This document shows positions 31,032 to 40,969 of a stretch of 57,901 nucleotides of DNA, in pieces (the first letter of the stretch is position 1; every line of letters starts with the position of its first letter). The stretch covers positions 1 through 57,901 of the forward strand of contig JAFYWH010000136.1 in NCBI GenBank assembly GCA_017558175.1, in the 5' to 3' direction. Source of the DNA: Bacteroidaceae bacterium (GTDB lineage: Bacteria > Bacteroidota > Bacteroidia > Bacteroidales > Bacteroidaceae). Made by a program: the position numbers and the translations under genes. The notes beneath the pieces were generated by a model. That model saw only the letters and a list, made by a program, of their open reading frames with translations, was not told the DNA's origin and ran no database searches.

Positions 31032-31817
31032 TTGGGAAAGATACGGACTACATATATCATGATACTCATCAGCCTCCTGTTCCAGTTCGGTATGGGAGGC
31101 TTGGAAGCATCTGCTCAGAACGCCTTGCAACGACGTAAGGGCATCCCTCGAGATTCCTTGAAGGCATCGGCAGTTACCCTCCCGAAAGACTCCATCTTGG
31201 CAGATAGTTTGGGTAGAAGAAACAAGCAAGAGTTGGAATTGTTGCAGGCTCCGATAGACACTACGGATATGGTTATGGAGGCAACCTCCATCAATCAAAC
31301 GCCAACTTCATTGCCAAAGAAACGATTCGTGCCCGACTCGAACCGTTCCGTATGGTTAGCCATGGTATTCCCAGGTGGCGGACAAATATATAACCGCAAG
31401 TATTGGAAACTCCCTATCGTATACGGTGGTTTCGTAGGATGTGCATACGCCCTGAACTGGAACAACCAGATGTACAAGGATTATTCGCAGGCTTATCTGG
31501 ACATCATGGACGATGATGTAAACACCAAGAGCTACGAAGACTTCCTCCCACCAAGCTACAACATTGCGGGAGAAGAAGAACGATTCAAGGAAATCTTCAA
31601 GAAAAGAAAGGATGCCTATCGTCGTCAGCGCGACATGAGTATCTTTGCTTTCATCGGAGTATACCTCTTGTCGGTTATCGACGCATACGTTGACGCCGAG
31701 TTATCGGATTTTGATATCACCAAAGATCTCGGATTAAAAGTAGAGCCCACTTTCTTCAACGATGGAAGAAGTAGGGACTTCAATTCTGTAGGCTTGCAAT
31801 GCAGCCTCAAATTCTAA
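31032..31817 (+). CDS. DUF5683 family protein
   Basis: PGGGQIYNRKYWKLPIVYG and DAYVDAEL.DFD motifs; conserved position after parB. Confidence 0.8.
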   Translation: MGKIRTTYIMILISLLFQFGMGGLEASAQNALQRRKGIPRDSLKASAVTLPKDSILADSLGRRNKQELELLQAPIDTTDMVMEATSINQTPTSLPKKRFVPDSNRSVWLAMVFPGGGQIYNRKYWKLPIVYGGFVGCAYALNWNNQMYKDYSQAYLDIMDDDVNTKSYEDFLPPSYNIAGEEERFKEIFKKRKDAYRRQRDMSIFAFIGVYLLSVIDAYVDAELSDFDITKDLGLKVEPTFFNDGRSRDFNSVGLQCSLKF

Positions 31818-31830
31818 AAAGAAAAAGAGC

Positions 31831-33051
31831 ATGAAAAACCTATTTGTCGCTATCGCCTTATTGTGTGGAACCATCTGTGCCCAAGCACAAACCACAAAAG
31901 AAGAACTTTCGGAATTCCCGGAAACTATGCTTTCCGATATGGACAGCTTGTATTACGACTGGCAATCCAAGAACTTCATCAACTTGGATGAGAACTGCCG
32001 TATGCTTCCCGAAGGTCCGGTTGTGAGCGATTCGGTATATATCGACCGCCTCTCGCGCATCCCGTCTATCATCGAGATGCCTTATAATGATGTGGTTAAG
32101 AAATACATCGAAGCTTACACAGGCCGATTGCGCAATAAAGTTTCATTCATGTTGGCAGCTGCCAATTTCTACATGCCGATGTTCGAAGAAGCTCTCGAAG
32201 CCTACGACCTCCCTATGGAGTTGAAGTATCTGCCTATCATTGAATCGGCTTTGAATCCTAAGGCCATTTCTCGCCAACGTGCTACCGGCTTGTGGCAATT
32301 CATGCTTCGCACCAGCCAAAGCTATGGTTTGGAAACCAACAGTTTGGTAGAAGAACGCTTCGACCCACAGAAGTCAACTTGGGCAGCTGTACGCTACTTG
32401 AAGGACTTGTTCGAAATCTATAAGGACTGGAACTTGGTTTTGGCAGCTTATAATTGCGGACCGGGCAATGTAAACAAAGCCATCCGTCGTGCCGGCGGTT
32501 CTACAGACTATTGGGAACTTTATCCATACTTGCCGAAGGAAACCCGCGGATATGTACCGGGCTTCATTGCGGTGAACTATGTCATGACCTACTATTGCGA
32601 ACACGGCATCTGCCCGATGGACTCGCAATTGCCGGCCGTATCAGACACCGTTCATATCAACAAGGACTTGCACTTGCAACAAGTAGCCGGTGTATGCAAC
32701 ATCGACATCGAGCAGCTCCGTAGCTTGAATCCTCAATACAAGAAGGACTTGATTCCGGGCAAAAGCAAAGTCTATGCCTTGCGCTTGCCTAACAACATGG
32801 CTACAACTTTCATCGAACGCGAAGACTCTATCTATGCATACGAAGCACAGAAATACTTGAACAAGCGTACTACCGTAGCCGTGAGCGATGGCAGCACCAA
32901 CACCAAGGGTGCCAAGTATCACAAGATCAAGTCGGGTGAAACACTTGGAGGCATTGCAGCTCGCTATGGAGTATCTGTCAAGCAAATCCGCAACCTGAAC
33001 GGCATTAGCGGTAACAATATCCGTGCCGGAAAGACCATCCGAGTGCGCTAA
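31831..33051 (+). CDS. mltD: Lytic murein transglycosylase with LysM (MltD-like)
   Basis: IIES, GLWQFM, AAYNCG and ETRGYV SLT motifs; C-terminal LysM. Confidence 0.9.
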   Translation: MKNLFVAIALLCGTICAQAQTTKEELSEFPETMLSDMDSLYYDWQSKNFINLDENCRMLPEGPVVSDSVYIDRLSRIPSIIEMPYNDVVKKYIEAYTGRLRNKVSFMLAAANFYMPMFEEALEAYDLPMELKYLPIIESALNPKAISRQRATGLWQFMLRTSQSYGLETNSLVEERFDPQKSTWAAVRYLKDLFEIYKDWNLVLAAYNCGPGNVNKAIRRAGGSTDYWELYPYLPKETRGYVPGFIAVNYVMTYYCEHGICPMDSQLPAVSDTVHINKDLHLQQVAGVCNIDIEQLRSLNPQYKKDLIPGKSKVYALRLPNNMATTFIEREDSIYAYEAQKYLNKRTTVAVSDGSTNTKGAKYHKIKSGETLGGIAARYGVSVKQIRNLNGISGNNIRAGKTIRVR

Positions 33052-33141
33052 AAAAGTTTTTTGCAATAGAATCTCATAAAATGCTTGCATAAGTACGTTT
33101 TTTGGCTAATTTTGCAGAAAAGTACAGAAGGAGGCATTTTT

Positions 33142-35418
33142 ATGACTGATGAAAAACTCAAACAGGAACAAGCTGATGAAGAGATGATAAACAAAGCGTT
33201 TGAACATCTCTTACAAAGTTACCTTACAAGCAAGCATCGCCGCAAGGTAGAAATAATTACCAAAGCATTCAATTTTGCCAAGCAAGCGCACAAAGGGGTG
33301 AAGCGTCGCTCGGGCGAACCATATATTATGCACCCCATTGCCGTAGCACAAATTGCCTGCTCCGAAATCGGATTGGGCTCTACTTCTATCTGTGCTGCAT
33401 TGCTTCACGACGTAGTGGAAGATACCGACTACACGGTAGAAGATATCGAGAACTTGTTCGGTCCGAAAGTCGCACAGATTGTCGACGGATTGACCAAGAT
33501 TTCGGGCGGTATCTTTGGTGACCGCGCCTCGGCACAGGCCGAAAACTTCAAGAAACTTCTTCTGACCATGAACGATGACATCCGTGTCATCCTCATCAAG
33601 ATAGCCGACCGCTTGCACAACATGAGAACCCTTGGCTCCATGCTTCCTAACAAGCAGTACAAGATTGCAGGCGAAACCTTATATATCTATGCTCCTATCG
33701 CCAACCGCTTGGGCTTGAACAAGATCAAGACAGAGTTGGAAGACCTCAGTTTCAAGTACGAGCATCCGGAAGAATATGCCCACATCGAGTCGTTATTGGG
33801 AGAAACCCAACGCGAACGCGATGCACTTTTCCAAGAATTCACGGCTCCTATCCGTGCACAATTGGACAAGATGGGCTTCAAGTACCGCATCCTGGCCCGC
33901 ATCAAGTCTCCTTATTCTATCTGGAACAAGATGCAGACCAAGCATATCCCGTTCGAGGAAATCTACGACATCTTGGCCGTACGCATCATCTTCGAACCAA
34001 GCGAACTCGAAAAAGAATCCAGCGAATGTTTCGGCATCTACGTATCCTTGTCTCAAATATACAAGCCTCATCCCGACCGCTTGCGCGACTGGGTGAACCA
34101 TCCAAAATCGAATGGTTATCAGGCACTTCATGTTACCCTCATGAGTAACAAGGGACAATGGATAGAGGTACAGATTCGAAGCGAGCGCATGAACGACATT
34201 GCCGAACAAGGCTTTGCCGCTCATTGGAAATACAAGGATGGCCCGACTCAAGAGGACGAAGGCGAATTGGAAAAGTGGCTCCGTACCATCAAGGAAATCC
34301 TCGACGACCCACAACCGGACGCTATGGACTTCCTTGACACCATCAAGCTCAATCTGTTTGCATCCGAAATATTTATCTTCACCCCGAAGGGCGAAATCAA
34401 GACCATGCCTCAGAACTGTACGGCACTGGACTTCGCATTCTCCCTCCACACCTTCTTGGGCAGCCATTGTATCGGTGCCAAGGTAAACCACAAGCTGGTG
34501 CCTCTGAGCCACAAGTTGAAGAGTGGCGACCAGGTGGAAATCCTTACCTCGAAGTCACAACGTGTGCAACCGTCATGGATTAACTTCGCTACTACCGCCA
34601 AGGCCAAGGCCAAAATAGCCGGCATCTTGAAGCGCGAACAGCGAGCTATGCAACAGGTGGGCGAAGAAAAGCTTCACGAATTTTTCAAGAACGAAGAGAT
34701 TGAAGCAAATGACGAAAACATCCAGAAACTTTGCGAACTTCACGAGATGAAGACTCCGGAAGAACTCTATGCCGCTATCGGATTCAAGACTCTCCTTTTG
34801 GGTGAAGCCGACCGCACCGAACTGAAGAAGGAAAAACCGGCAGCACCGGGTGGCTGGAAGAAGTTCATCCCTCTGCCATTCATCGGTGGCAAACCAACCA
34901 AGGAAAAGAAGCAACCTAAGGAAAAGGCTTCTGCTCAGAAGATTGATAGCAAGAAGGTATTGAAACTCACACCTGAAGCCCTTCAGAAGAACTTCATCAT
35001 AGCCGATTGTTGTAAGCCTATCCCGGGCGATGATGCTTTGGGCTTCATCGACGATCAGGACCGCGTGGTTATCCACAAGCGCAAGTGTCCATTGGCCGAC
35101 AAGCTGAAGGCCGGCTTCGGCAACCGCATCTTGGCCGTAGAATGGGAAACTGGTAAGGCATTGGAATTCCCTGTGAATCTGTATCTGCAAGGTATCGACA
35201 CCATGGGTATCCTCCACCAGATAAGCGACATTGTGAGCGAGCAGTTGAACGTATACATCCGCAAGATCTTCATCGAAACCATGGATGGCGTGTTCGAAGG
35301 TCACATCCAGCTCTATGTACACGATGTGGAAGATGTGAACACCATTATCACTAACCTCCAGAAGATGGAAGAAATGAAGAAGGTGGTTCGCGTAGAACAT
35401 TTCGAAGACAAGCCTTGA
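33142..35418 (+). CDS. spoT: Bifunctional (p)ppGpp synthetase/hydrolase, long RSH
   Basis: HD domain (LLHDVVED), synthetase (RIKSPYSI, NGYQALH, EVQIR), TGS, CCKP and ACT; start ATG 33142. Confidence 0.95.
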   Translation: MTDEKLKQEQADEEMINKAFEHLLQSYLTSKHRRKVEIITKAFNFAKQAHKGVKRRSGEPYIMHPIAVAQIACSEIGLGSTSICAALLHDVVEDTDYTVEDIENLFGPKVAQIVDGLTKISGGIFGDRASAQAENFKKLLLTMNDDIRVILIKIADRLHNMRTLGSMLPNKQYKIAGETLYIYAPIANRLGLNKIKTELEDLSFKYEHPEEYAHIESLLGETQRERDALFQEFTAPIRAQLDKMGFKYRILARIKSPYSIWNKMQTKHIPFEEIYDILAVRIIFEPSELEKESSECFGIYVSLSQIYKPHPDRLRDWVNHPKSNGYQALHVTLMSNKGQWIEVQIRSERMNDIAEQGFAAHWKYKDGPTQEDEGELEKWLRTIKEILDDPQPDAMDFLDTIKLNLFASEIFIFTPKGEIKTMPQNCTALDFAFSLHTFLGSHCIGAKVNHKLVPLSHKLKSGDQVEILTSKSQRVQPSWINFATTAKAKAKIAGILKREQRAMQQVGEEKLHEFFKNEEIEANDENIQKLCELHEMKTPEELYAAIGFKTLLLGEADRTELKKEKPAAPGGWKKFIPLPFIGGKPTKEKKQPKEKASAQKIDSKKVLKLTPEALQKNFIIADCCKPIPGDDALGFIDDQDRVVIHKRKCPLADKLKAGFGNRILAVEWETGKALEFPVNLYLQGIDTMGILHQISDIVSEQLNVYIRKIFIETMDGVFEGHIQLYVHDVEDVNTIITNLQKMEEMKKVVRVEHFEDKP

Positions 35419-35447
35419 TTCTCATACTTTCAAGATAATACTATTCG

Positions 35448-35485
35448 AAGTGGGAGTGCTTTCTGCACTCCCACTTTTCTTTTTT
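35448..35485 (+). terminator. Intrinsic terminator of the parA-spoT operon
   Basis: AAGTGGGAGTGC-TTTCT-GCACTCCCACTT followed by TTCTTTTTT. Confidence 0.9.
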
Positions 35486-35525
35486 ACACAAATATTCATT
35501 GCTTTTCTAATCAAAATTGGCAGAT

Positions 35526-35591
35526 ATGGCAACTGTCGCAAAATTTGCGATAATTCAAAGTGAAGGAAGTAGAACCGTCACCCGGAAACAG
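35526..35591 (+). pseudogene. Short RhuM-family fragment
   Basis: Encodes ATVAKFAIIQSEGSRTVTR, resembling the ATVAKFATVQ.EG.R.V.R motif of RhuM proteins; the rest of the gene is absent. Confidence 0.55.
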
Positions 35592-35715
35592 CGACTCACA
35601 TGTCGCCTTCTTCATCCCGATAGCCCTAAGGCAGTCGGGACATTTTTGTATGTACCCAGCATGTCAAATGTTTTTTTTTCTTTATCTTTGTGTTCATATC
35701 ATCAAGCATAAAGAT

Positions 35716-37632
35716 ATGAAGAAACTATACAGCCTGATTGTACTCCTTGTAGTACTACTCTTTGGGGCATGTAGCGACCCCAAGCATGTTACCGAACCCT
35801 TGCATCGTGCCGAGGCACTGATGAACGAACATCCCGACTCTGCCTTGAACCTGCTGAAAGGCATTGCGCAGACCGAGTTGCAGACTCAGGCACATCATGC
35901 CCGTTATGCCCTGCTCTACAGCCAGGCGCTGGACAAGAACTATATCGACCTTACCAACGACTCACTGATAAACATTGCCGTGGACTACTACAAAGACCGC
36001 GACGATGTAAGAGCCAAGTTCTTCTCCTTTTATTATTTGGGACGCATCTATACTAATGCCAATAACCCTACTCAGGCTACATTGGCCTATATAGAGGCGG
36101 AACAACTGGTAGATGAGTTGGGTGATGACTATGCTGCCGGATTGCTATATAAGCAAATAGGACTCGTCTATTATTCTTATTATGATTTTTCCAAAAGCTT
36201 GCAAGCACACCAGCAAGCCATCGAGCATTTTACCAAAGCGGGTAAACCTATTCACAAAATACAGGCCCAGCTAACCCTTAGTAGTGTCTATAGAAGTCTG
36301 AACGAAGAAGAAAATAGCTACAAGGTCTTACAAAATGCATTAATGGAATCTCATAATCTGAACAATCAAGGTCTTGTTAAATCATGTATATGCAATCTAA
36401 TAGTAGCTTGTATAGACTTGGAGAAGTGGGAAGAAGCCACACAATGGTATCAGGAATATCAGAAGAACAACGGTCGCGACTATCCGTCCATAGCGTTCTA
36501 TGGTTACATAGCCCGACTTCATGCAAAGAATCGGAATTTTAAAGACGCTTTTATGCTCTTGGATGAAATCAAGAAGAAAACTGAAAACCTACAAGATTCC
36601 ATCAACCTATACTATGCCGAATCCCAAGTTCATCAGATGAATGGTTCGTGGGAAGAAGCCTATCGCAGCATGAATAAAAGCGTCAGCCATCAAAATAGAA
36701 TCGTTCGGAAATCCTTGCAACAGCCCGTATTGACCACCCAGAACAACTATTTGAATCAGGAACTGGAATTTAAAGCTTATAAACTCCGTATAGAAAAGAC
36801 ACTACGGACAGTAAGTATTTCCTTAATTTCATTCATTGCTGTAGTTACGGTTTTCTTAATCTGGAAAAAACTCCGTAAGGACTATTTGAACAAACTAAAA
36901 AAACTGGAGATTGAAAACGGACTGCAAATAGAGAAGATACAACTTGAAGCTGAAGAACGGGAACAAAGCCTTCAGTCCATTGTCCGTCTCTTAGAACATA
37001 AATTGAAGGAAGAAAAGTATCTTTCATCACAAAATATGGACAAATTGAGAACGGAACTGGAAGCCACACAACACCATATCAAGGAAAGCCAAAAAGTCCA
37101 GCAAGAGATGGCAAACTATATCAAAGAGCTTTGCCAGCAGAAACAGACACTCAAAGATGAACTGGAAAACCGAACAGTCATCATCAGAGAACTGGAGCAA
37201 GAGAACCGCACTACCCATATCAGCAATAATTTGAAAAGCAAGCTTCTCAAAAGATATTTCACACTGATGGAAGATATGATAACTTTGTCTTCCAGAAAAT
37301 TTAAAAAGGATGAAGACAAACATGAAGCGCTTTCCAAACAATACAAAGAAGCCATAAACAATTTTAGTGGTAACAAGAGTACGGATACTAAATTGGAGAA
37401 GATGGTCAATGAATGCAATGACGATATTATGAAACATCTACGGGAAGAAATAAACCTACCCGATCATACTTATTATCAGTTAGCATGTTATCTATTAGCT
37501 GGATATTCGGTTAACGTCATAGCCTGTGCTTTGGGAGAAACGACAAACACCATCTATAAGAGGAGAGACAAGATTCGTTCCATTATCATGGAATCCGAGG
37601 CTAATCATAAAGATTTATTTTTACAGATATAA
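35716..37632 (+). CDS. TPR-sensor / TM / coiled-coil / LuxR-like HTH one-component regulator
   Basis: Signal with LFGAC lipobox-like motif, TPR helices, TM (VSISLISFIAVVTVFLIW), long coiled coil, C-terminal GYSVNVIACALGETTNTIYKRRDKIR HTH; TATCTTTG -7 box at 35683. Confidence 0.8.
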   Translation: MKKLYSLIVLLVVLLFGACSDPKHVTEPLHRAEALMNEHPDSALNLLKGIAQTELQTQAHHARYALLYSQALDKNYIDLTNDSLINIAVDYYKDRDDVRAKFFSFYYLGRIYTNANNPTQATLAYIEAEQLVDELGDDYAAGLLYKQIGLVYYSYYDFSKSLQAHQQAIEHFTKAGKPIHKIQAQLTLSSVYRSLNEEENSYKVLQNALMESHNLNNQGLVKSCICNLIVACIDLEKWEEATQWYQEYQKNNGRDYPSIAFYGYIARLHAKNRNFKDAFMLLDEIKKKTENLQDSINLYYAESQVHQMNGSWEEAYRSMNKSVSHQNRIVRKSLQQPVLTTQNNYLNQELEFKAYKLRIEKTLRTVSISLISFIAVVTVFLIWKKLRKDYLNKLKKLEIENGLQIEKIQLEAEEREQSLQSIVRLLEHKLKEEKYLSSQNMDKLRTELEATQHHIKESQKVQQEMANYIKELCQQKQTLKDELENRTVIIRELEQENRTTHISNNLKSKLLKRYFTLMEDMITLSSRKFKKDEDKHEALSKQYKEAINNFSGNKSTDTKLEKMVNECNDDIMKHLREEINLPDHTYYQLACYLLAGYSVNVIACALGETTNTIYKRRDKIRSIIMESEANHKDLFLQI

Positions 37633-37647
37633 TTTTACATCATTGAT

Positions 37648-37863
37648 AATCAACAACTTGTATTACCCCCCCCCTAAATAATAATTCGTTACGCATACTG
37701 TATATTACTGAATATCAATAGATTACAAATTGCCCGTGTGTAGGCTAAAGAATATTTTTTAGTCTACACATTAAGTACAGATTATCAATTAGTTAGCAAT
37801 CCGTTTAGGCGAAACAATAATTCGTCTGAACGGATTTAATTTTTCCTTTAATTTATAAATTTG
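37648..37863 (+). promoter_or_regulatory. Complex promoter of the peptide cluster
   Basis: Three WATCAAnnnnTTR sites (37648, 37713, 37783), two long dyads (37737-37770, 37798-37836), a C9 tract and a TAAATTTG -7 box at 37856. Confidence 0.6.
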
Positions 37864-37892
37864 CAAACATGAAAAACATAAAAAACAATATT

Positions 37893-38279
37893 ATGAGAAC
37901 TACAATTTTAATTCTACTATGGGCTTTTATCGATTCATTTTCCGGTTTTGCAAACAGTTATTATGATGAAGATGAAAACAAGACAGACATAATTATAGAA
38001 AAAGGGGAAGGAGATGACACAAACAAACATGCTCGCATTCCCATATATGATCCAATAACTTGTTATTATATGAAAGGAAATATCTATGTCACTACTTTGA
38101 CTGATTTAGGGGAAATCCAGATTAGTATAACCTGTCTGGAAACAGGAAGTTTCTGGAAATCTGTCAACGACTCTAATTCAGGAACAATCTGTGTCCCGAC
38201 TTCATCAGCTAATGGCAACTATATGGTAAGGATTGTTACAGCAAACGGTGATGTCTATTACGGTTATTACAATCTATAA
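37893..38279 (+). CDS. DUF3244-like secreted Ig-fold protein
   Basis: Signal peptide, RIP motif, C-terminal GNYMVRIVTANGDVYYGYYNL; usual partner of TPR-HTH regulators in Bacteroidales; ATG 37893 preferred because ATG 37869 sits at the predicted transcription start. Confidence 0.72.
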   Translation: MRTTILILLWAFIDSFSGFANSYYDEDENKTDIIIEKGEGDDTNKHARIPIYDPITCYYMKGNIYVTTLTDLGEIQISITCLETGSFWKSVNDSNSGTICVPTSSANGNYMVRIVTANGDVYYGYYNL

Positions 38280-38290
38280 ACTCTTCATCC

Positions 38291-40582
38291 ATGAAAATAG
38301 GAATTGTATATTTGGCAACGGGTGCTTACAATAGCTTTTGGAAAGACTTTTATCATACTTGTGAGCAGTATTTCTGTGTGGACGCAGAGAAAGGCTATGA
38401 ACTTTTCACCGATTCACCAGAAAACATGAAGAATATACTATCTGCCAATGTACATATCCGACAGATAGAAGATTTAGGTTGGATAGTCAATACTTCCTAC
38501 AAATCGGAATATATTTTCAGCATCCGTAAAGAACTGGAGGCATACGATTACGTATTCTATATCAATAGTAACTTCCTGTTCACTGCTCCCATTTATGCAG
38601 ACGAAATATTACCCAAAGCCTCCGACAGCTATCTGACGGCCTTATCTTTCGACCATTATTTAAACGTAGATGTCCGGAATTATCCATACGACCGGAATCC
38701 CGATTGTTTGGCATTCATTCACACTGGAGCAGGAAAGCGGTACTATCAAGGTGGCTTCTATGGTGGAAGGACTAAAGAAATGCTTCTTCTGTCGGAGTGG
38801 TGTAAGGCAGCCATCGCACAGGATTTCAACAAGAAAATCATAGCCCGTTTTCATGATGAATCCTATATCAACCGATATTTAATAGACAAGAACCCCAAGG
38901 TCCTGAATGATGAATATGCCTTGCAGCACATTTGGCCCTACCATGGTCCTTACAAGGCTGTCATCAGAAACAAAGAGGAAGTCTTGGGTTCACAGACATT
39001 GGGACAACTGAAAGATGTCTATACAGACACTTCCCTATCCTTCCTTTTGGACGAACATCTATGTTTCCGCCCTGGAGGTATCGTAAACCTATATGGAGGA
39101 TTAGGAAACCAGATGTTCGGTTATGCATTCTGTCTGTATATGCAGAAACAGGATGCCAAACGCCGTTGGTGGATAGATGCCTATGCCTGCATGAAACCTC
39201 ATATTCATAACGGCTATGAACTTAGCAAAGTATTTACCGACATAGATACTACACTAGAAATAGGTGAAGAGAATCGTATCAAAGTAGCACAAGTACAGGA
39301 TAATCACAAAGCCACGATCAAGGAACATCATTTGTCCAAGGTACAATCTTTTACATTATCGGATAAGCCATTGACTATCTATACAGGTTGCTGGCAGTGC
39401 TACCCATACATAGAAGCCTGTGCCGATGAACTTCGTCACCAATTCCAATTTAATGAACAACGGCTCAATGAAAAGTCCAAGCAACTCTTGGACGTAATCA
39501 GAAACCGCTGTTCTGTCAGTGTACATATCCGCCGGGGTGACTATACAAAGAAAAACAATGAATGGCTGTATGGTGGTATTTGTACGATAGATTATTATCA
39601 GGCAGCCATGCAACGGTTGGAAAGTATACTTCCAGAAAAACCAATCTATTTATTCTTCAGCGACGACCCAGCTTGGGTAAAAGAACATTTCAACATACCT
39701 GATTGCGAAATCATTGATTGGAATAAAAAAGAAGAAAGTTGGCAAGATCTTTGCTTAATGGCGGCATGCCGCCACCACATCATCGCCAATAGTAGTTTCA
39801 GTTGGTGGGGAGCTTGGTTGGGGCAACATGAAGGTACCCTAACCATAGCACCGGACGTTTGGTACAATACCACTCATACTCCCGACCTATTGCCGTCTGA
39901 ATGGATAAGAATTCCTATTCCACCCTCATCGGAACTACTCCAACGGCTATGCAATGACTTGATTTTGCGGAGTAGCTATCTGGATTCGTTGGGATTACAA
40001 CAGGGTAAGATGGGAGCAGTATTGTTCTTTTTCCATTATGCACGACATACAGGGAACACTCTTTATGAAAACTATGCCGAAGAATTGTTCGATGAAGTTT
40101 ACAACGATGTAAACAAGGGTGTATCATACGGTTTTATCAATGGTTTATGCGGTATCGGTTGGGCTGTGGAATACCTAGTAAAACATAATTTCATTGAAGG
40201 AGATACGGATGATGCCTTGGAAGAAATAGACCGACAAGTGATGGTTTACGCTCCTACCCGGCTCACCGATTATTCGTTTGCTAATGGATTGGAGGGTATC
40301 GTTTGTTACGTTTTGTCCCGTCTTCTCTCGCCTAGAGCATCAAAAGCTTCTTTACCTTTTGATGAAAGATACCGAAAGGAGTTGTATCTGGCTTGTAAAA
40401 ATATACCAAAAGAAGAACAAACAACTTATATCCGTTCATTAATAGATTTAGTGGAAAAGGGGAAGTGTATCTATTCATTTGATAAAGTTATTGAACAATT
40501 ATTTGAGTTGTCAGAAGATGTTTTCAATATGAAAGGTATGACTTGGGAAACTGGTATAAAAATGATGAAGCGTGTTAACTAA
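38291..40582 (+). CDS. Fusion: GT6 glycosyltransferase + GT11 alpha-1,2-fucosyltransferase + LanC-like domain
   Basis: GT6: KIGIVYLATGAY..FW..F, FTD, NSN, YYQGGFYGG, FHDES. GT11: GGLGNQMF, VHIRRGDY, FSDD, IIANSSFSWWGAWL. LanC-like: GL..GKMG..LFFFHYAR, GLCGIGW..EYL, F.NGLEGI. Confidence 0.85.
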   Translation: MKIGIVYLATGAYNSFWKDFYHTCEQYFCVDAEKGYELFTDSPENMKNILSANVHIRQIEDLGWIVNTSYKSEYIFSIRKELEAYDYVFYINSNFLFTAPIYADEILPKASDSYLTALSFDHYLNVDVRNYPYDRNPDCLAFIHTGAGKRYYQGGFYGGRTKEMLLLSEWCKAAIAQDFNKKIIARFHDESYINRYLIDKNPKVLNDEYALQHIWPYHGPYKAVIRNKEEVLGSQTLGQLKDVYTDTSLSFLLDEHLCFRPGGIVNLYGGLGNQMFGYAFCLYMQKQDAKRRWWIDAYACMKPHIHNGYELSKVFTDIDTTLEIGEENRIKVAQVQDNHKATIKEHHLSKVQSFTLSDKPLTIYTGCWQCYPYIEACADELRHQFQFNEQRLNEKSKQLLDVIRNRCSVSVHIRRGDYTKKNNEWLYGGICTIDYYQAAMQRLESILPEKPIYLFFSDDPAWVKEHFNIPDCEIIDWNKKEESWQDLCLMAACRHHIIANSSFSWWGAWLGQHEGTLTIAPDVWYNTTHTPDLLPSEWIRIPIPPSSELLQRLCNDLILRSSYLDSLGLQQGKMGAVLFFFHYARHTGNTLYENYAEELFDEVYNDVNKGVSYGFINGLCGIGWAVEYLVKHNFIEGDTDDALEEIDRQVMVYAPTRLTDYSFANGLEGIVCYVLSRLLSPRASKASLPFDERYRKELYLACKNIPKEEQTTYIRSLIDLVEKGKCIYSFDKVIEQLFELSEDVFNMKGMTWETGIKMMKRVN

Positions 40583-40611
40583 TATAATATTCACTTTTAT
40601 TTTAGAGACTT

Positions 40612-40851
40612 ATGAAACTTAAAAAGATTATACTACATGATGGTAATGAAGTTTTGCAACAGAATGAAATGAAGATGATTAAAGGAGGTGATGGAGAAAC
40701 AAAAAGTTGTAATAGTTCGTCCTGTACTGGCTCTTGCAGAGAACTTGTTCCTATATGGAATATTTACAAAGATGGTGTTTGTCAATGGAATTCTATATAT
40801 GATAGTGAAAAGAATGAATATTTAGTCTGTGAATGTAAATTGAAATTATGA
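40612..40851 (+). CDS. Double-glycine leader peptide precursor 1 (GG-Bacteroidales/TIGR04149-like), 6 Cys
   Basis: 26-aa leader ending EMKMIKGG; 53-aa core with Cx4Cx3C...GxC...CxC. Confidence 0.88.
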   Translation: MKLKKIILHDGNEVLQQNEMKMIKGGDGETKSCNSSSCTGSCRELVPIWNIYKDGVCQWNSIYDSEKNEYLVCECKLKL

Positions 40852-40969
40852 GAGCTATTTTTACCATAATGATTGTGGTTAATTACATCAAAGTCTTGAA
40901 TGAATCACAGATGTGAAATTCCAGGAGAAGAGGGCAACCCAATTCTATTTATAAGTTGAAATGATAAAT

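Noticed and set aside
35560-35715. Longer start for the TPR regulator
   Set aside because: A -7 promoter box lies at 35683 and the signal peptide begins at ATG 35716
39930-40582. Lanthipeptide biosynthesis
   Set aside because: The LanC-like domain lacks Zn-ligand motifs and no LanB/LanM/LanKC dehydratase is present in the window
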